Below are positions 59,048 through 64,000 of a stretch of 64,000 bases of DNA, one piece after another. The DNA is from Stegostoma tigrinum (Eukaryota): positions 6,126,341-6,190,340 of the forward strand of contig NC_081385.1 in assembly GCF_030684315.1 (NCBI RefSeq). The letters are read 5' to 3'. The translations under genes were made by a program, and so were the position numbers. The notes below the pieces were generated by a model. It saw only the letters and a program-made list of their open reading frames with translations. It did not search any database and was not told where the DNA came from. Each line of letters starts with the position of its first letter. Within the stretch, counting starts at the first letter, position 1.

Positions 59048-60659
59048 CTTTTGTGCTCCTGAGATGCTGCTTGGCCTGCTGTGTTCATCCAGCCTCACAT
59101 TTTATTATCTTTCACTCCTGTACTGGGAGTACCAACCAGGATTTTTGCAGGCAGGTTCTGGAGTGAGATTATGAACCTGCAGCCTTCTGAATTTGAGGCA
59201 ATAGTGCTACCCACACAACCGTAATGCACAGCATTATCTGCTTGCAAATAAACACGGTTGTTGTTGAGCTCAACTGCTGGCATATTTCTGAAACTGACTT
59301 ATTTATTTCTGAGGATCAGACTGGACTTGGATTTGTTTGCATATACCCAATGCTCATTTATAGCATAGGGATCTGAAGGAGTCCTGATCGAGGGAATGGA
59401 ACAGAAAAGCACTTGATGATTTGACTCTCATTTCACTTCCAAGTGTTACATTTGCCCAAACTGCAAACATGGTTTCCTAGCCAGTACACAAAAAAGTTCC
59501 TAATGGCATTAGGTTAAGAGATCAGAGACAAAAGAGTTGTGAAAATCTGAACCTCCCTCTCCCAAAAATCTGCTGAATTTAGGGGAGAATTTTAAAACTG
59601 AGATTGAAAATTCTTTTTAAGTCAACGGTTGCATCATCAAGGCAGGTAAATGGATTATCTTATTGATCAGGAATGATCTGACTGAATGCTGGAACAGTTT
59701 CTAGGGGCTGAATGGCCTCTTCCTGTTTGTTTTATGTTCCTTCTTAGAAGTAGAAATACCAGTTGTGAGTCCCTGATCATCTGAGAATAGCTCCCCCCCC
59801 CAACATCTACCCATGGGTGATTTATAAGTCAGTCTCACCTTTATTCATTTTTATAGATTTCTGTCGGCTCTAACAATAAATTCACTGCCATTATGCCCGT
59901 GGAAATTGCTGACAAAGCCAAAATTCCCACATTTTTCTTGCTAATTTAATGCTTCCCTGCCAACTGAACCATTTTCACTGAGAGGGTCGTGGCTATGGCT
60001 GTATGTAAGGCATTTCTTACACAGCGAAAGAAAGAAAGCATTTGCATTTGTACCTATCATCATACAGCAATCCAAAATGCCTTACTAACACTAAAATACT
60101 CTTCTAAAATGTCGTCACTGTTATAATGTAGGAAACAGGCAGCCATTTGTGCACAGAAAGATCCCACAACCCTTACATGATGATGACCAGATAGCTCTGT
60201 GTTTTATTTCATAATATGGCTGAAAATAAGTAATAGCCAAGCACTCAGGTAAATTCTTTTGCTCCTTTCTTGGAAGGTAGAGGTAAAGTTACCATAGTCC
60301 CAGAGGACTTTCAGGCTGTTCTCTCATTAGAGAGAGATAACTGGTGGTTAGTTTAACCCGATGATCACCATGACCCAGGTGAGAGGTGAGGTTGAGAAGG
60401 CAGGTCCTTCATGGCAGCCTCAAGTAATGCAGGAATGTAATAATGTTGTGGGAATAGCATGGCCATTCTCATGGGATCATACTTTACAATGTCCCAGAAT
60501 TCACCATCACCAGCCATAGGTAAGTCCTGTCTCACTGATAGGTCAGACTTATCAGAAATGCTGGTACAATGGTGCACTGTTGGGCAGGAGTTGAGCTCGG
60601 AGTCATCAGACTCCATGAAGTCTCATGGTAACAAGGAAACCTTGTGCTGATTATGACCT

Positions 60660-63093
60660 ACTAACTTCCCTCAGTTGATGAATCAGTTTTCTTTCATATT
60701 GAGCACCACTTGGAGGACACATTAAGGAATAACAAGAGCACATAATATATTCTGCATGGAGGGTTCAAAGTCCATCCCAGAGAGTGAAATGGTAGCACCA
60801 CAACTGACCAACGCAGCTGAGTTCTAAAGGATATACCCTCCAGACTGGCACTGTGACTTGTGGTATGGGAACCAACACAACAGAAATACCCATTTGACCT
60901 GCTCCTCACCAATCTTACCTATGACTGTACCTGTAACAATGACTACTGTACAGTCCTTATGAAGACAAAGTCCAGCCTTCACCTTGACAATGCTACCTAT
61001 CAAGTTGTGTGCATCATTACTGTGCTGAATTATAGAATCCCTACAGTGTGTAAACAGGTCCTTCGGCCCTACAAGTCCACACCAACCCTCAGAGCATCCC
61101 ACCCAGACCCATTCCCCTAAAGCCCACCTAATCTACACATCCCTGAACACTTCGGGCAATTTTGCATGGCCAATCCACCTAACCTGCATATCTTTGGGCT
61201 GTGGGAGGAAATCGGAGCACCCGGAGGAAACCCGCACAGGCACAGAGAGAATGTACAAACTCCGCACAGTCGCCAGAGGGTGGAATCAAACCCTAGTCCC
61301 TGGTGCTGTGAAGCAGCAGTGCTAACTTCTGAGCCATTGTTCCACCCTTAAACATTACTCAGATTGCTGGATTAATTATCTAGCAACAATACCACTATGC
61401 TGAGAGGGCAAGATTTTGAAAAAATCTAGTAACTCAATGCTATGCATCCATGAGGCGCTGTAGGCCATCAGCAGCAGAACAATTCTCAACCACAGTCATT
61501 AATCTCATGTCCCTGTACATCCATTGGTCTACCACTGCCATCAAGCCAGGGGGATGGAACCTGGTACAATGAAGAGCACAGAAGGGCATGTCTGACAGAA
61601 TGGCATAAGAGAGCCCTGTAGATTAGTGTAAAAGAAAAGGCTGAACCATTTGCAAACACATCCAACCAGAAATGATAACTGAACGATCCATCCCAGTTTC
61701 TTCCTGAGATCCCCAGCAATACAGATGTCAATCTTCAGCCAACTCAATTCAGTCCACATGATATCGAGGAATGTTTGAAAGCAGTGGATATTGCAAAGAC
61801 CTTGGGCTCTGGCACCATTCCAGGAATAGTACTGAGCCCACTTGGTGCCAGAACTAGCTACATCCTTATTTGAGCTGTTCCAGCACAACTACAACACTAA
61901 CATCTAAGTCGATACGTGAAAACTTCCTAGATATGCCTTGACCAAAACACACAGGCCTAATCCAACCCAGCTAATTAGTCTACTGTTAATAAACAGCAAA
62001 TACTATCCAGCAGTCCTTACTTAACAGTGACTATTCACTGAAGACTCACTCAAATCCTGTCGTCACAACAGTTTTGGTCCAAATGTGGACTAAAGAGCTA
62101 AACTCAAGAGAGGATGTATGCCCTTGACATCAAGGTGAAACTGGAGTCAGTGGGAATTAGGAGAAAAGCTCTTTGCTGATTGGAGTCTTACTTAGCACAA
62201 ATGAAGATGGTTGTGCTTGCTGGTTGTCAATCATCTCAGCCCCAGAACATCACTCAAGGAGTTCTTCAAGACAGTGGCCTAGACCCAACTATCTTCAATT
62301 GCTTTGTCTCTTTGCCTTCTCTCCTCTATAAGGATATTCACTGATGTCTGCACAATGTTCAGCACAATTACAATTCCTCACGTCTGAAGTAGTTTATACC
62401 TAAATGCAGCAAGACCTGAACAACATCCAGGCTTGAGGTGATGAGTGACAAATAACATTCACACCACACAAGAGCCGGGAAACAAGAGAAAATCCAATCA
62501 TTGTCCTTTCATATTTAATGGCTTTACAATCACGTCAAGATCCTGAGGGTTTGCAGTGACCAGAAATTGAATTGAACCAACAATGCAGATCCTGTAACTA
62601 TGACAGAATGTCATAGGGTAAGCATTCTACTGCAAATAACTCACCTCCTGTCTTCTCAAAGCCTGTCCACCATCCACAAGAAATGAGTCAAGAGTTTAAT
62701 GGAATATTCCCCACTTGCCTGGATGAGTGCACCTCTAACAACAGCAAGATTAATACTAAACAGAGCAAAACAGCTTGCTTGATTGTTCCCCTACTCACAA
62801 CCTTCAAAGGTCACTCCCAAAACCACTGACAGAGTGGCAGCCATGAACAACGAGCACAACAAATACATGGAAACACCATCCCCTGCACATTCCCCTCCAA
62901 GCCACTCACAACCCTGACTTGGAAATATGATGCTGTTCCTTTACAGTCGCGGGGTCAAAATCCTGGAAGTCCATTGTCGGCCAATGTATATCCTGAGGAC
63001 AGCAGCGTTTTATAAGGTGACGGTGGGGTAATTAGGGATAGGCAATAAATATCTGGCCAACAACACGCACATCCTCTTAATGAATAAATAAAA
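60660..63093 (+). mobile_element. Long decayed copy of the second LINE family, interrupted by SINE insertions near 61033-61400
   Basis: RT-region remnants (GCCCTTGACATCAAGG, GGAGTTCTTCAAGACAGTGGCCTAGACCCAAC, ATGGAATATTCCCCACTTGCCTGGATG) and the same 3' tail as 43652. Confidence 0.8.
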
Positions 63094-63382
63094 GGAATTA
63101 TTTCTGTCCATCTAAGAGGACCAGTAGAGTTTTGAAATAACTCATTGGGAAGACAAACATAATATGGGTAGAGATAATGACGGAGTAACTTTCATTGAAC
63201 ACAAAGGTTTGTTGAAGGAGTTATGTACTAATTATAGAACGATTCAGAACAGAAACTATCCATTTAGATCATTGAGTCTGTGCCAGGTTTTTGAGAGAGC
63301 TGTCCAATCAGATACACTGTTACAATCCCAACAGAATTCCACTGTCACCAAGAGGAAGAAAACTGCTGGTCGGGAATTCACT

Positions 63383-64000
63383 TATAGAGTCGTCAAGTTA
63401 TACAGCACCAAAACAGACCTTTCGGTCAATTCATCCATGCCGACCAATTACACAAATTAATCTAGTCCCATTTGCCAGCATTTGGCCCATATCCCTCTAA
63501 ACCCTTCCTATTCATGTGCCCATCCAGATGCCTTTTAAATGTAGTAATTGTACCAGCCCCCACCACTTCGTCTGGCGGCTCGTTCCATACATGCACAACC
63601 CTCTGTGTGAAAAAGTTGCCCCTTACGTCCCTTTTAAATCTTTCCCCTCTCACCTTAAACTGAGGTCCTCGATTTTTGGATGCTCCTACCGAGAAAAGTC
63701 CTTGACTATTCACCCTATCCATGCCCCTCATGATTTTATAAACCTCTATAAGACCATCCCTGAGCCTCTGACACTCCAGGGAAAATAGCCCCAACCCATT
63801 CAGCTTCTCCCTAAAGCTCAAACCCTCCCATCCCAGCAACATCGTAAAGCTTTTCTGAACCCTTTCAAGTTTCACAACATCCTTCCCATTGCAGGGAGAC
63901 CAGAATTGAATACAACATTCCAAAAGTGCCTCAACCAATGTCCTGAACAGCTGCAGCATGACATCCTGCCTCCCATATTCAATGCAATGATTCATAAAGG
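63383..64000 (-). mobile_element. CR1 LINE 3' region running off the window end
   Basis: LECCIQFWSP, LIEVYKIMRGMDRV, RGNFFTQRVVHVWN, FKRHLD. Confidence 0.95.

Larger units (their letters stand above)
55956..59110. mobile_element. Penelope-like retroelement (Neptune-type) as a 3.15-kb palindrome: minus arm 55956-57436, plus arm about 57437-59110
   Basis: RT motifs GVAMGTRMGPSYA and YIDD, Cys linker CNRRKCHTC, GIY-YIG VVYCIHC..C...YIGETKRRL..RF.EH; 14-bp TSD TCTTTCACTCCTGT at 55942-55955 and 59108-59121. Confidence 0.95.

Noticed and set aside
55956-59110. Palindrome as an assembly or chimeric-read artefact
   Set aside because: The arms have independent substitutions, a perfect TSD flanks the unit, and smaller copies show the same architecture.

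Overview
Vertebrate genomic DNA, inferred to be from an elasmobranch (shark or ray) because of its HE1/V-SINE-like, DeuSINE-like, CR1 and Penelope repeats. Two multi-exon genes lie tail-to-tail, as at human 11q23.3. TMPRSS4 (+ strand, 13 reconstructed coding exons, about 10428-30938, 453 aa) has TM, 4-Cys LDLRA, SRCR and trypsin domains with an intact His/Asp/Ser triad. SCN4B (- strand, coding exons 2-5 at 45963-54992) has no exon 1 that I could find in the window. The remainder is mostly retroelements. Two things stand out. (1) At least three unrelated families of Penelope-like elements each carry a minimal hammerhead-ribozyme motif and recur as fold-back (inverted-repeat) insertions with 10-15 bp target-site duplications (TSDs) and a 30-45 nt one-sided overhang. 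The largest is a 3.15 kb palindrome holding RT and GIY-YIG sequence. (2) A recent 220 bp duplication of the SCN4B Ig exon keeps its acceptor and frame but ends in a stop codon, and a same-strand solo LTR with AATAAA lies downstream, so a soluble beta-4 isoform is possible. All calls were made by eye. Exon coordinates were checked for splice phase; repeat boundaries are approximate.
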